A DNA stretch of 64,000 nucleotides, from IMG/VR virus record IMGVR_UViG_3300020472_001862, positions 64,001 through 128,000 of that record; one strand, given 5' to 3'. The notes under the pieces are model-generated. The model was not told the DNA's origin. It did no database searches and saw nothing but the letters and a program-made list of their open reading frames with translations. The stretch is from a virus. Shown here in pieces: positions 1-9,703 of the stretch. Position 1 is the stretch's first letter, and every line of letters begins with the position of its first letter. Made by a program: the position numbers and the translations under genes.

Positions 1-1
1 A

Positions 2-220
2 TCAAATGGTGAAGTTCCATTCGCAGACATGTTATTAGACTTTGTACAAATTGGTGCAATTACTTTGGAACAAGCAGAGTTCTCACTAATACAAAAACAA
101 AAAGATCAAAGCGCAAGTCTTGATACTTTGTTTAGAGCAGACGACGGCAACATTTACTTAGGTGAAGGTGCCCTAGACTATAGAGACGAAAGACTAGCAA
201 AAATAGCGGAGGCAGCGTAA
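2..220 (+). CDS. hypothetical protein, probably 5'-truncated by the window edge
   Basis: Frame of ORF 29..220 stays open back to base 2; stop overlaps ligase ATG (TAATG). Confidence 0.6.
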   Translation, partial: SNGEVPFADMLLDFVQIGAITLEQAEFSLIQKQKDQSASLDTLFRADDGNIYLGEGALDYRDERLAKIAEAA

Positions 221-1326
221 TGATATTTCCTTTACCAACACTTTACAAAAGAGACACGAACGGAAACATTCGTGAACTAACAGTTGAATATTCTAATGGT
301 GTGATGAATGCTACTAGAACTATTGCTGGAATTAAAGACGGCAACTTAGTTACAAGTGGCTGGAAAGATGCTGTAGGCAAGAACACAGGCAAAGCAAATG
401 CTACTACAGATGCTGAACAAGCACAAAAAGAAGCACAAGCAATGTGGGATAAAAAAGTAGAAAAAGAATACTTCGAAGATATTTCCAAGATTGATACTTA
501 TGATAAGTTCAAGCCAATGTTAGCTCATGACTATACAAAAAGGCCACAGTCTAGTGGTATTAGTCAACCTAAGTTAGATGGTATTAGATGTATTGCAAGG
601 AAAGATGGACTTTACACAAGAGCAGGTAAAGCAATCACAACATGCGATCATATACATTTTGAGTTACAAGCATTCTTTGTACAATATCCTGATGCTATTT
701 TAGATGGTGAACTTTACAATCACGAACTAAAAGATGACTTCAACAAAATTACAAGTCTAGTTCGTAAAATAAAACCTACTCCAGAAGAGGCAGCAGAATG
801 TCAAAAACTTGTTGAGTATCATGTTTATGATTGTCCTTACTGGGGCAGAGGTTTAGCTGAAACTACTCTAGACAGAATAAGTTTTATAGAAGATCAAGAG
901 TTTGAAAGTCCTGTAGTTACAGTTCAAACATCAGTATGTGAAAATCAAGAAGAGTTAGATGCTTTGTATTCACAATACACAGAAGATGGTTACGAAGGCC
1001 AAATGATTCGTAACAATGCCGCTTACGAAAACAAAAGAAGTAAGAACTTACTTAAAAGAAAAGAGTTCATTACAGAAGAGTTTGATGTTGTAGAAGTATT
1101 AGAAGGCTCAGGTAATTGGGCAGGATATGCTAAACACTTTGTTCTTACAGACGGAACAGAAACATTTAAGAGTGGTGTTAGAGGTAATCAAGCAACACTT
1201 AAAGCTCTACTAGAACAAGAAGAGAAACCTACTTGGGTAACATGTAGATTTTTTGAAAGGTCAGTAGATAACATTCCTAGATTCCCGGTTGTAATTGATT
1301 GGGGTGTAGGTAAGAGGATAGACTAA
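220..1326 (+). CDS. g30: ATP-dependent DNA ligase (T4 gp30-like)
   Basis: Motif I QPKLDGIR, LDGELY, EGQMIR, LLKRK, C-terminal PRFP. Confidence 0.95.
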   Translation: MIFPLPTLYKRDTNGNIRELTVEYSNGVMNATRTIAGIKDGNLVTSGWKDAVGKNTGKANATTDAEQAQKEAQAMWDKKVEKEYFEDISKIDTYDKFKPMLAHDYTKRPQSSGISQPKLDGIRCIARKDGLYTRAGKAITTCDHIHFELQAFFVQYPDAILDGELYNHELKDDFNKITSLVRKIKPTPEEAAECQKLVEYHVYDCPYWGRGLAETTLDRISFIEDQEFESPVVTVQTSVCENQEELDALYSQYTEDGYEGQMIRNNAAYENKRSKNLLKRKEFITEEFDVVEVLEGSGNWAGYAKHFVLTDGTETFKSGVRGNQATLKALLEQEEKPTWVTCRFFERSVDNIPRFPVVIDWGVGKRID

Positions 1327-1487
1327 TGTTAGAACTAATAGGTTTTATAACTATACTTTACTTGGCAATAAAATTTTTGCCTGACTTGTTAATGTTTATG
1401 CTTAAATTGGCAGTCATACTTTTGTTAATTGTATTAGCAATAGGTGCATTTGAATTTATTTATCATTATATTTACTTTCGAATCTAA
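1326..1487 (+). CDS. small hydrophobic membrane protein (53 aa, MLELIGFITILYLAIKFLPD...YIYFRI)
   Basis: Hand translation; ATG overlaps ligase stop (TAATG); two hydrophobic stretches; below ORF-track cutoff. Confidence 0.6.
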   Translation: MLELIGFITILYLAIKFLPDLLMFMLKLAVILLLIVLAIGAFEFIYHYIYFRI

Positions 1488-1731
1488 GCCTTACAAGAGC
1501 TTTTCTTACAATAGCAATTCCAGTTAATCCTAAAAAGTTAATAAACGCAGCCATCTCAGCAGAGGTGCCTGCGTAGTCTATGCAAGCCTTAATTATTCCC
1601 ACACTTAAAGGGAACATTATTATTGCTCCTATGGCGGTGTCATAAGTTGCTTCGTGTAATGCCTTCCTTAATCTACTATTTTGTGCCAATTGCCATAAAC
1701 CTATCAAAATGTACCTTCCCATTCCAATCAT
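1456..1731 (-). CDS. small two-helix membrane protein (true start probably near 1690)
   Basis: Hydrophobic segments after RKALHEATYDTAIG; last gene of the minus-strand block. Confidence 0.55.
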   Translation of the reverse strand: MIGMGRYILIGLWQLAQNSRLRKALHEATYDTAIGAIIMFPLSVGIIKACIDYAGTSAEMAAFINFLGLTGIAIVRKALVRLRFESKYNDK

Positions 1732-2344
1732 AATAAAATTGTTTTGTCTTGCCTGTGTAGGAGGTATTCACAAGTCCTGCATTTTCTATTAAAGCTTTCT
1801 CACTATCAACACAATTAATACCATACATCTCTTCTATAACATTAGAATTTTGTATAGCAAATATAGCATGTTTGTTGGCAGTCTTTAAATCTTTTAATGG
1901 ATACATCTGTTCTGCTCCCATTGTAATAACTATATCAACCTTAAGTTGATTTAATTCATCAAAAGCAAATGGAATATCCATGTTCCAGTGATTTATTTTT
2001 ATGAATTCTTCGGTGATATAATGCTTATTAAACACCTTAGAGAGCTCTAAAGCTTCGTTATCGATGTCAACTAGGTGCAATTCACCTACGGACAAGTTCT
2101 CACATAAGAGTGGAACTAAAGGAACTCCTAACCAGCTGTTTAATACAAGAATGTTAAACTGCTCGTCTTTCATATAATCATCTAGACTATTTTTTAGTTC
2201 TTCAACTAACCAAATAGCGCCTTCCATTGTATTAGGATTAAGAGCTTGTCTAAAGTCATCATGCTTATGTTTCATCTCATGTTCAACCTTAGCGAGGCCT
2301 TCTCCCCAATATTGCATACTGTTTAAAAAATTAAAATTTAACAT
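1676..2344 (-). CDS. class I SAM-dependent methyltransferase-like protein
   Basis: ILVLNSWLG (degenerate motif I), LHLVDIDNEA acidic motif II, DIVITMGAEQM; start taken at MLNFNF overlapping the upstream gene end. Confidence 0.5.
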   Translation of the reverse strand: MLNFNFLNSMQYWGEGLAKVEHEMKHKHDDFRQALNPNTMEGAIWLVEELKNSLDDYMKDEQFNILVLNSWLGVPLVPLLCENLSVGELHLVDIDNEALELSKVFNKHYITEEFIKINHWNMDIPFAFDELNQLKVDIVITMGAEQMYPLKDLKTANKHAIFAIQNSNVIEEMYGINCVDSEKALIENAGLVNTSYTGKTKQFYYDWNGKVHFDRFMAIGTK

Positions 2345-3011
2345 CTTCTTTTCTTCCCATTGAATCAAATAAACAGACATATGGTATTTGTCTGAATACA
2401 TGTTTTTCTATATCATGTGGATAAATATAGCCTTGGTTATAACTATAAAACCACCCTAACGGAAAATATTTAATTCTTGCTACACCTTTGTGCATAAAGA
2501 AATTATCTATTCCACGGTAGTACCATAATATTTTATCTAAATGTGTTTTAAAATAAAGAGTAATATTTTCTTTATCTAAATTATCGTTCCATCTTAATAT
2601 ACTAGAGTTTAAGTCTGTATATTTATGAGGAACATGTTCTGTTTCTTTCTTTTGTGTTTCCATATCATGCCAATGCGTTTGGCCAAAACATAAACAATCT
2701 TCAGGATCAAAGTTTACTATATCATCTATGTTCTTTTGTATAATAATATCTAAGTCCAAGAATAAGTTTTCGCCTTTTTGTCTAACTACATTATCATCAA
2801 ACAAATACATTTTATTCCACCACTTCTCTAATTTGTTTTCTTTAGGAAATGGTAGAACATTAATGTCTTCATTAAGTCCTTTTGCATTTTCTGTTAGACA
2901 GTAAAATGTAAAGCTTTGAGATACAGATTCCAGACAGGATTCGTATATCTTGTTAACATGTTTGGCAGAATATTTACTGCCCCACTTTACTGTATAAATG
3001 TTTAGCGCCAA
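2331..3011 (-). CDS. GT-A fold glycosyltransferase (KWG-KY family), paralog 1
   Basis: VKWGSKYS, FYCLTE, WWNKMYLF, FLDLDIII (DxD), NSSILRW, YSYN. Confidence 0.8.
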   Translation of the reverse strand: MALNIYTVKWGSKYSAKHVNKIYESCLESVSQSFTFYCLTENAKGLNEDINVLPFPKENKLEKWWNKMYLFDDNVVRQKGENLFLDLDIIIQKNIDDIVNFDPEDCLCFGQTHWHDMETQKKETEHVPHKYTDLNSSILRWNDNLDKENITLYFKTHLDKILWYYRGIDNFFMHKGVARIKYFPLGWFYSYNQGYIYPHDIEKHVFRQIPYVCLFDSMGRKEDVKF

Positions 3012-3817
3012 TGGTTTAATAACTCCGGATCTACCAATTCATTTTGCTTTGTATGTCCTCTACCTGAAGTCATTTGTTTAGGTAGTAGATCAATATTAAA
3101 TACACAAAGGATTGGTGTTTCTCTGTATATTTCTGTTTCTAAATCATCATCTTCCCAACTACGCCCTCGGTTATACGAGTAGGCATAATCTGATGGGAAA
3201 TGATCCCATAATTTTTTACCCCAATCACCCCATCTCCATGAGTGATAATTGTCTGTTCCGTCTGTATATGTAAACCATATCTTTTCTTGGTTCTCTAATA
3301 CATCATGCCATATACATTCTGCTTGATCGTCGGACCAAACTTGGCAACTGCCATTAGTATATGCTCCGTGTGATAATTTAAATCTCCGCGTCTTCATTGG
3401 GCGCGGGTCTTGCCACCAGCTTCTTAACTTAGTTGGTCTTTCCATATTATAGGTAATTAAAGGCTCTATATCATTTTGTATAATAACATCTAAGTCAAAG
3501 AATATAAAACGACCTGTAGGTTTATCTTCAGCAAAGTTATGAGTATTGAATACCATTGTCTTAGGCCTATCCCAACACCTAGCCATACCATACTTAAAGT
3601 CGTCTTTTTGAAACCAATACTTAGGATGTATGTTAGGTATATCTGGAAAAGGAATAACTTTTACATCATCATCTAATCCTTCGGCATCATCTGTATAACA
3701 ATAGAAATGGAAATCGTGTTTAGGATTACAATTTCTCTTGGCCATATTTTTCAATTTGTTCACAAAGTGAGGACCATATCTGGTGCCCCACTTAGAACAT
3801 ACTACATTTACTCTCAT
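3002..3817 (-). CDS. GT-A fold glycosyltransferase, paralog 2
   Basis: CSKWGTRY, CYTDD, FFDLDVII, NGSCQVW, YSYNRG. Confidence 0.8.
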   Translation of the reverse strand: MRVNVVCSKWGTRYGPHFVNKLKNMAKRNCNPKHDFHFYCYTDDAEGLDDDVKVIPFPDIPNIHPKYWFQKDDFKYGMARCWDRPKTMVFNTHNFAEDKPTGRFIFFDLDVIIQNDIEPLITYNMERPTKLRSWWQDPRPMKTRRFKLSHGAYTNGSCQVWSDDQAECIWHDVLENQEKIWFTYTDGTDNYHSWRWGDWGKKLWDHFPSDYAYSYNRGRSWEDDDLETEIYRETPILCVFNIDLLPKQMTSGRGHTKQNELVDPELLNHWR

Positions 3818-4485
3818 ATCTCTTTGCCTTTATAATCTCCTGCTAGTGGAAAAATTTTAGTTATTACATCTGCAACTGCATGTGCAATATCCATGTGTTC
3901 TAACTGCGTACCATTAGCACCTCGAAGTTCAATGTAATGTATCCAGCTTCTTAGTGTTCCGTTAACATACATTCTACTCTTAGTATTGCCTTCAGGTAAT
4001 ACAACTCTTGCTTGTTCTTTTGCTATCCCATGTTCTAAAGCCCATGTATAAGCATATCTAGTTTGCCTAATAATATCCTTTTGTAATTCCTGCCACTTAC
4101 TATCTAATTCATAGTCTTCAGTAGGAATACTATTTTGTCTATTTTTAGGGTCTTGCATTCTTGCTTCTCTTACTTCAAACTCTAAGTCCTTTGTAGGATC
4201 TGCATACCGCTGACTAAATTCTTGAAAGCTAAAACTCCTATGCCTTAAAATTTGTCTTGCAATGTCTCTTGTGGTGTCTATTTCTAAACATACACTAACC
4301 ATTTCTAATGGCGACCAATGCTTGTGTTTCATTAGATACTTAATAAGTTTCTCACTTGTATCTTTATTTAACTGCCCATCTGGATTACTTACTCTAGCAC
4401 AAAAGGCTACAAGTTCTGTAGCACTTGTGCTGTCTATAAGATAATTGCCATCTGCTTTACTGTAACTGATTAAGTTAACTTCCAT
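3814..4485 (-). CDS. thyX: FAD-dependent thymidylate synthase ThyX
   Basis: HWSPLE, signature RHRSFSFQEFSQRY, KEQARVVLP, LRSWIHY; start taken at MEVNLIS. Confidence 0.96.
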   Translation of the reverse strand: MEVNLISYSKADGNYLIDSTSATELVAFCARVSNPDGQLNKDTSEKLIKYLMKHKHWSPLEMVSVCLEIDTTRDIARQILRHRSFSFQEFSQRYADPTKDLEFEVREARMQDPKNRQNSIPTEDYELDSKWQELQKDIIRQTRYAYTWALEHGIAKEQARVVLPEGNTKSRMYVNGTLRSWIHYIELRGANGTQLEHMDIAHAVADVITKIFPLAGDYKGKEI

Positions 4486-4723
4486 ATATTCCCTCGTTTC
4501 CGAATGTCCCTGCTCTGGTTCGAGCAATTATAAAGTCCGTTCCATATTGTTTACCTATATTAGCTAGTGCCGAGGTAATTTCAATACATTTATCTTCGAA
4601 TGTTTCTATACGAACACGCACAATTAATGTTGCAAATTCAGTTTCCGCTATTAAAGGAACATAAATATCTGCATCGTCAAATGCACCTTCGATTACAACA
4701 CCGTCTTTTCTTACTTTTAACAT
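4475..4723 (-). CDS. hypothetical protein (82 aa)
   Basis: Fills the gap between overlapping neighbours on the same strand. Confidence 0.6.
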   Translation of the reverse strand: MLKVRKDGVVIEGAFDDADIYVPLIAETEFATLIVRVRIETFEDKCIEITSALANIGKQYGTDFIIARTRAGTFGNEGIYGS

Positions 4724-6207
4724 AAACCACCTTGTTCATTATGTATTATTGCTGGATTCAACTTTAATAAATTATTAAAGTAACCTTTAAAGAAGTCATT
4801 TGTAAAAATTTCTTCTAGAGTGTGTTCATTTATATTATTCTTATCCCAACTATACAATAACTCTGTCTTGTGTTCAGGAGAATTATATGCAGTAGTTAAG
4901 TTAAGAGCCACATGTTTACAGGGAAACACATTACCTTTAGAGTTTAGATAAAATGAATTATTAACTTTACCTTCACACTTAACATGTGGTGAAAACTTTA
5001 TTGTTCTCTCTTTATATATGTCATCTTTTTTTCTTGTCTGTAGAGTCTCTAGTTCTATAAGTTTATAGTCTGGCATGTCTGGTTTTTCTTTTTTATCTAT
5101 TACTATTTCTTCTTTAGATATTTGATTATCATATATAAAGCCATAAAAATTATATTGTTGTGAAATCTTTTTAGCTTTCTGAATATCAGAATCTAACTGA
5201 TTCGTATGTACATAATTCCAAAACACTCTACACCCAGAGTCTATTAATGCCTTTGCATTTTGTAATATTCGTTTATCTGGATTGCCAGTATTAATATTAA
5301 ATGTAATATTGCCTGCTTCTAAAAACATTAAGCCTAAGTTACTCCACCAAATAGGTTCATTAGATTTGCCATCTGTAGTTATATCACACCCACCAATACC
5401 CCATCTAGACATAAAGAAATGAGCTATATCAAATAGTTCAGGATTTAGTGTAGGGTCTTTATCTGTACCTTTAAAATGTATTCTTTTTAACTTAGATTTT
5501 TCTATAAAGTCTTTTGTAAATGTATCCTCTATCTGTTCTAAAGTTAGATAGTCATCTCCTGATATAGGATTTATTTCTACTCTTTCAGGTAAGTAAGGAT
5601 AAAGATCTGTTTCTTTGTTATACATTCTATCTAATTGTTCTTCAGTAAAATCCTCATACCAAAAAGGCAATGCAACTATATTACCATCTGTTTTTTCTGG
5701 ATAGGATGCTGTACTATCTTGTAGGAAAGGTATTGTACCTTCTTCTATCAAAAACTTCTCGCTAAATATATCATAGTTATATAATAAATCATCTTCGCTT
5801 TTGTCCCATTCTTTAAGTATGGCCTCCACTTTATCATTACGGTATACAAAATATCCTAGGTTACCATCCTCAAGCAAAATCTTCTTGTTTGATTTATAAA
5901 TGTCTATGTCCTGTATGTTGTTAATAATACAATTAGGAGTTATAAACAATGTATGTCCGCCAGGTTTGGTATGTTGCATTATATCTATTTCCAACCAATC
6001 CTTCCCATACTTAGGCACATGAAAGGTTATACCATCTATATAGCCTTCTTTTTTTCGTGTAGTTTCTAAAATTTTATATTCATCATCATTAGTAAAGACA
6101 TAGAAATCAAAAGGATCTACGCACAGTTTCTTAACCTGCGTATATAATGCGTTTATTTGTACTTGACTGTAATTATTGTCTAGCTGATTTGCTATAATCG
6201 TTACCAT
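4717..6207 (-). CDS. fusion of a degenerate GT-A domain and a degenerate radical-SAM/SPASM-like domain
   Basis: N-term resembles the GT paralogs (INALYTQVKK..FYVFTND) but lacks DxD; C-term has GTDKDPTLNP, TTDG..WWSNLG and KCEGKVNNSFYLNSKGNVFPC, but no CxxxCxxC. Confidence 0.55.
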   Translation of the reverse strand: MVTIIANQLDNNYSQVQINALYTQVKKLCVDPFDFYVFTNDDEYKILETTRKKEGYIDGITFHVPKYGKDWLEIDIMQHTKPGGHTLFITPNCIINNIQDIDIYKSNKKILLEDGNLGYFVYRNDKVEAILKEWDKSEDDLLYNYDIFSEKFLIEEGTIPFLQDSTASYPEKTDGNIVALPFWYEDFTEEQLDRMYNKETDLYPYLPERVEINPISGDDYLTLEQIEDTFTKDFIEKSKLKRIHFKGTDKDPTLNPELFDIAHFFMSRWGIGGCDITTDGKSNEPIWWSNLGLMFLEAGNITFNINTGNPDKRILQNAKALIDSGCRVFWNYVHTNQLDSDIQKAKKISQQYNFYGFIYDNQISKEEIVIDKKEKPDMPDYKLIELETLQTRKKDDIYKERTIKFSPHVKCEGKVNNSFYLNSKGNVFPCKHVALNLTTAYNSPEHKTELLYSWDKNNINEHTLEEIFTNDFFKGYFNNLLKLNPAIIHNEQGGLC

Positions 6208-6949
6208 GCCATAATCTCAATAATGTCTCATCTTCTAATTCATCTATTTTTATTTGCTTATTATTAGACTTCAATACATCTACATTAAATAAACAAAATT
6301 TACATTCTTCTCTATATTTATGTGTCTCCAAATCCTCTGGAAATTGCATTCCTCTATTGTAAGAGTAAATCCATTCAAAAGGCATATTGTGCCAGAACTC
6401 TCTTTGACGCCAGTAATGATAGTTATCTGTTCCTTTCCAGAATGTTTTAAATATCATTTGATCTTCTTGTAATGCCTCCCAAAAGATATGTTCACATTGA
6501 TCTCTATTCCAACACATTACACTAGAGTTAAAAAATGTTCCTCGAATATCAATAAACTTCCTATCATGTTTGTGTTTAGGATTTTGCCACCTAGAATGTA
6601 TAATCCTAGGCTTCAAGGCCAGTTCATATATATCTGATATATCACTTTGTATAATAACATCTAAGTCTAAGTAACACCATTTATCGTCGAACCCTAAGAA
6701 GTTATGAGAATTAAATACTAAAAACTTAGCCCTATCCCAACAATAGTTTTCTTTACCAAACCAATACTTAGGATGTAATGGTTCTATATCAGGTATATCT
6801 CTAGCATCACATTTTAATCCTGTATCATCATCTGTATAACAGGTAAATGTAAAGTCATTGTGATAGTGTTCCTGTACCATACGATACAGATTGTTTACAT
6901 ACTCAGGAGAGTATTTAGTCCCCCACTTGATGCATACAAAGTTCATCAT
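6173..6949 (-). CDS. GT-A fold glycosyltransferase, paralog 3
   Basis: CIKWGTKYSPEYVNNL, CYTDD, YLDLDVII, NSSVMCW, YSYNRG; closest to 3002..3817 (HPKYWF, CWDR, TDNYH). Confidence 0.82.
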   Translation of the reverse strand: MMNFVCIKWGTKYSPEYVNNLYRMVQEHYHNDFTFTCYTDDDTGLKCDARDIPDIEPLHPKYWFGKENYCWDRAKFLVFNSHNFLGFDDKWCYLDLDVIIQSDISDIYELALKPRIIHSRWQNPKHKHDRKFIDIRGTFFNSSVMCWNRDQCEHIFWEALQEDQMIFKTFWKGTDNYHYWRQREFWHNMPFEWIYSYNRGMQFPEDLETHKYREECKFCLFNVDVLKSNNKQIKIDELEDETLLRLWHGNDYSKSARQ

Positions 6950-7577
6950 ATTCTTTCTCAATCTCCGGGTGTCTGTCTAAGCCGTTTAATAAACATATAG
7001 GATACTCTGGTCTATACTTTCTTCCTGAATAAAGATAAGAGTATACCTCATTATGTGGCAAGTGTTCAAATGTAAATCCTTCATGGTAAAGATAAGTATC
7101 ATCACCATATGGATATTGTACATCATATGTTTCAGGATATTTATTATAGTGATTCCATATATGCGTGGCATCTTTCCATAACATTACACTAGAATTATAA
7201 TTACTTAATGGAAATCCTGGCTGATGAGGGAAATCATGTATATTTAATTGTTTATCTCCCTTATCTTTCCACCAAGTATATACTATAACAGGATTATCAA
7301 CACAATAATCAAACAAATGATCTATGTTCTTTTGTATTCTTATGTCTAAATCTAAATATAATATAGTACCCATATCCTTTAACTGGAATAGTTTTATTTT
7401 TTCCATATTGTCGTTGGGTTCATGTTCCATATAAATAATCCCGATATCAGGATGTAACCCTTTAGGGTCATCCGTAACGCAAACATAATCATATTTGCCT
7501 TCGGTATGTTCGTATATAGAATTAACAGCATCAGAGCTGTATTTCTCACCATATTTTAATGTTAAAATAGTTTTCAT
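6915..7577 (-). CDS. GT-A fold glycosyltransferase, paralog 4
   Basis: LKYGEKYS, CVTDD, YLDLDIRI, NSSVMLW, GDD, YSY. Confidence 0.8.
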   Translation of the reverse strand: MKTILTLKYGEKYSSDAVNSIYEHTEGKYDYVCVTDDPKGLHPDIGIIYMEHEPNDNMEKIKLFQLKDMGTILYLDLDIRIQKNIDHLFDYCVDNPVIVYTWWKDKGDKQLNIHDFPHQPGFPLSNYNSSVMLWKDATHIWNHYNKYPETYDVQYPYGDDTYLYHEGFTFEHLPHNEVYSYLYSGRKYRPEYPICLLNGLDRHPEIEKEYDELCMHQVGD

Positions 7578-7589
7578 TGTAATCACTTT

Positions 7590-7601
7590 TATTTATAAAT
7601 A
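7590..7601. promoter_or_regulatory. bidirectional T4-type late promoter (palindrome TATTTATAAATA)
   Basis: TATAAATA on + at 7594-7601 and on - at 7590-7597, in the divergent gap between the GT block and the fibre genes; gp55 is encoded in the window. Confidence 0.8.
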
Positions 7602-7634
7602 AGACTATACACGATATTTTAGAGATAGAGATTA

Positions 7635-7964
7635 ATGGCAACCGTTTCAAATGTAGTAATAGATCAAGGTACGACGTTCAGTTTGGAGTTAAATCTCACA
7701 AACGACGACACTACTGCTAAAGATTTAACGAATTATACAGTAACTTCACAGATGAGAAAATCTTATGAAGCTACAACTGCTACAAGTTTTACTACTGCCA
7801 AGGTTAATGCTACAGGTAAAATAACAATATCTTTAACAGCAGCAGAAACAGCAGCTGTTAAAGCAGGAAGATATGTTTACGATATTGAGATAGCCTCAAG
7901 TTCGGAGACATTAAGAGTTTTAGAAGGAATAGTAACAGTAACACCAAATGTTACAAGAGCATAA
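7635..7964 (+). CDS. virion structural protein (baseplate/fibre adaptor, BppU-N-like)
   Basis: IDQGTTF..DLTNY..QMRKSY..GRYVYDIEI..LEGIVTVTP pattern typical of T4-like marine phage structural proteins. Confidence 0.65.
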   Translation: MATVSNVVIDQGTTFSLELNLTNDDTTAKDLTNYTVTSQMRKSYEATTATSFTTAKVNATGKITISLTAAETAAVKAGRYVYDIEIASSSETLRVLEGIVTVTPNVTRA

Positions 7965-7974
7965 GGAGATTTAG

Positions 7975-8232
7975 ATGGCAGTTAATGTTAACGCTACACA
8001 AAATCCAGTATCGGTATCCGTATCGACTGGTAGTACTAGAGTCGTAACAACTACCACAACTCAAAGCCAGGTTGCAACTTCAACTAACATTGACAATTTG
8101 TCTGGTATTGATACCAGTGCAAAACAAAATGGGTATACTCTAGTTTATGATGGGAGTAGCGGTAATTTCATAGCAGCACCAGCATCGTCTGTTGCAGCTT
8201 CTATTACAGCTATTGACGGTGGCACTTTTTAA
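7975..8232 (+). CDS. small virion/fibre protein ending IDGGTF
   Basis: Ser/Thr-rich, GYTLVYD, SD AAGGAG. Confidence 0.7.
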   Translation: MAVNVNATQNPVSVSVSTGSTRVVTTTTTQSQVATSTNIDNLSGIDTSAKQNGYTLVYDGSSGNFIAAPASSVAASITAIDGGTF

Positions 8233-8289
8233 GATGGTATAAAGCTTTATATTATAATATTTAAAAGACATTTAACTAGGAGAAAATAA

Positions 8290-9684
8290 ATGGCAACAAC
8301 AATTCAAATTAAAAGAAGTACAGGCGCAGCAGCTCCCGCTACTTCGGATTTAGTTGAAGGCGAATTGGCGTATGCTGAGGATAGATCCAACTCAGGAGCA
8401 TCTGCTAAGTTATACATTTCATCTATTGATTCAGGTGGTAACGAGGTTATTCAAGAATTAGGTGGTAAGTACTACACCGATCTTATTGACAACGCTACAA
8501 ATTCAGCTACGGCTAGCACCCTTGTAAAGAGAGATGGAAGTGGACACTTTAACGGCGCAACTATTACAGGTTCAACACTTACTGATGGCACGGCAAGTAT
8601 AAATTCAGGTGCTATTACAGGAGCAACAAGTATAACAGCTTCTGGTACAGTACAGTTTGGATCTATATCAGATGGTACTATTACAGCAACTGCATTTGTA
8701 GACGAAGACAATATGGCTTCCGACAGTGCAACGCTTATTCCAACTCAACAATCTGTGAAAGCCTATGTAGACGCACAAGTAACAGCAAGTGATTTAGATG
8801 CAGCTGGTGATTCTGGAACAATAGATATAGATCTAGATTCAGAAACATTTACAGTAGCAGGTGGTACAGGTATTACAACTGCAGCATCCGGCACAACAAT
8901 TACAGCGACACTAGATAATACAGCAGTTACAGCAGGATCATATGGTTCTACTACAGCTGTTCCAATATTAACTATTGACGCACAAGGTCGTATTACAGCA
9001 GCTTCAACAGGTTCGATTGCTACTTCGTTTAATATTGCAGCAGACTCAGGTTCAGACGATACTGTGGCTGGTGGCGAAACATTAACTTTCGAAGGAACAG
9101 CGAACGAAATAGAAACAACAGTTTCCAATAACAAAATAGCAATAGGCTTACCTACAAATGTAACAATTTCAGGTAACCTTACAGTTAGCGGTACAACTAC
9201 AACTGTAGATTCCACAACATTATCCGTAGCAGATCCATTGATCTCACTAGCAACAGGCAATAACTCGTCTGACGCAGTGGACATTGGTATATATGGTTTG
9301 TATGACACTTCAGGTTCAACTGATTTATATGGCGGTTTATTCAGAGACGCTAATGACTCAGGTAAATGGAAGTTATTTAAAGACAACCAAGCAGCACCTA
9401 CTACAACTGTAAACACAGGCGGAACAGGTTACGCAGTAGCTACATTAGTAGCAAACATTGAATCATCTAGCGCTACAATTACAGGCGGTACTATTACAGG
9501 CATCACAGACTTAGTAGTAGCAGATGGTGGTACGGGCGCAGGTACATTTACTTCTAAAGGTATCCTTTATGGTAATGGTACAGGAGCTTTACAAGTAACA
9601 GCAGCAGGTACTGAAGGACAAATTCTTCAAGCTGGCTCAGGCGGTACTCCAGAATTCGGTGGAATAGACGGCGGAACTTATTAA
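8290..9684 (+). CDS. tail/whisker fibre protein, N-terminal IQIKRS..GELA domain, ends IDGGTY
   Basis: Gly/Ser/Thr-rich, GSYGS..TIDAQGRIT and GNLTVSGTTT fibre motifs. Confidence 0.75.
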   Translation: MATTIQIKRSTGAAAPATSDLVEGELAYAEDRSNSGASAKLYISSIDSGGNEVIQELGGKYYTDLIDNATNSATASTLVKRDGSGHFNGATITGSTLTDGTASINSGAITGATSITASGTVQFGSISDGTITATAFVDEDNMASDSATLIPTQQSVKAYVDAQVTASDLDAAGDSGTIDIDLDSETFTVAGGTGITTAASGTTITATLDNTAVTAGSYGSTTAVPILTIDAQGRITAASTGSIATSFNIAADSGSDDTVAGGETLTFEGTANEIETTVSNNKIAIGLPTNVTISGNLTVSGTTTTVDSTTLSVADPLISLATGNNSSDAVDIGIYGLYDTSGSTDLYGGLFRDANDSGKWKLFKDNQAAPTTTVNTGGTGYAVATLVANIESSSATITGGTITGITDLVVADGGTGAGTFTSKGILYGNGTGALQVTAAGTEGQILQAGSGGTPEFGGIDGGTY

Positions 9685-9703
9685 TATTAGATAGGATTTT
9701 GAA

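Noticed and set aside
1456-1487. Antisense toxin-antitoxin pair at the convergent 32-bp overlap of two small membrane ORFs
   Set aside because: Short 3' overlaps at strand switches are common in compact phage genomes; no structured antisense RNA evident.
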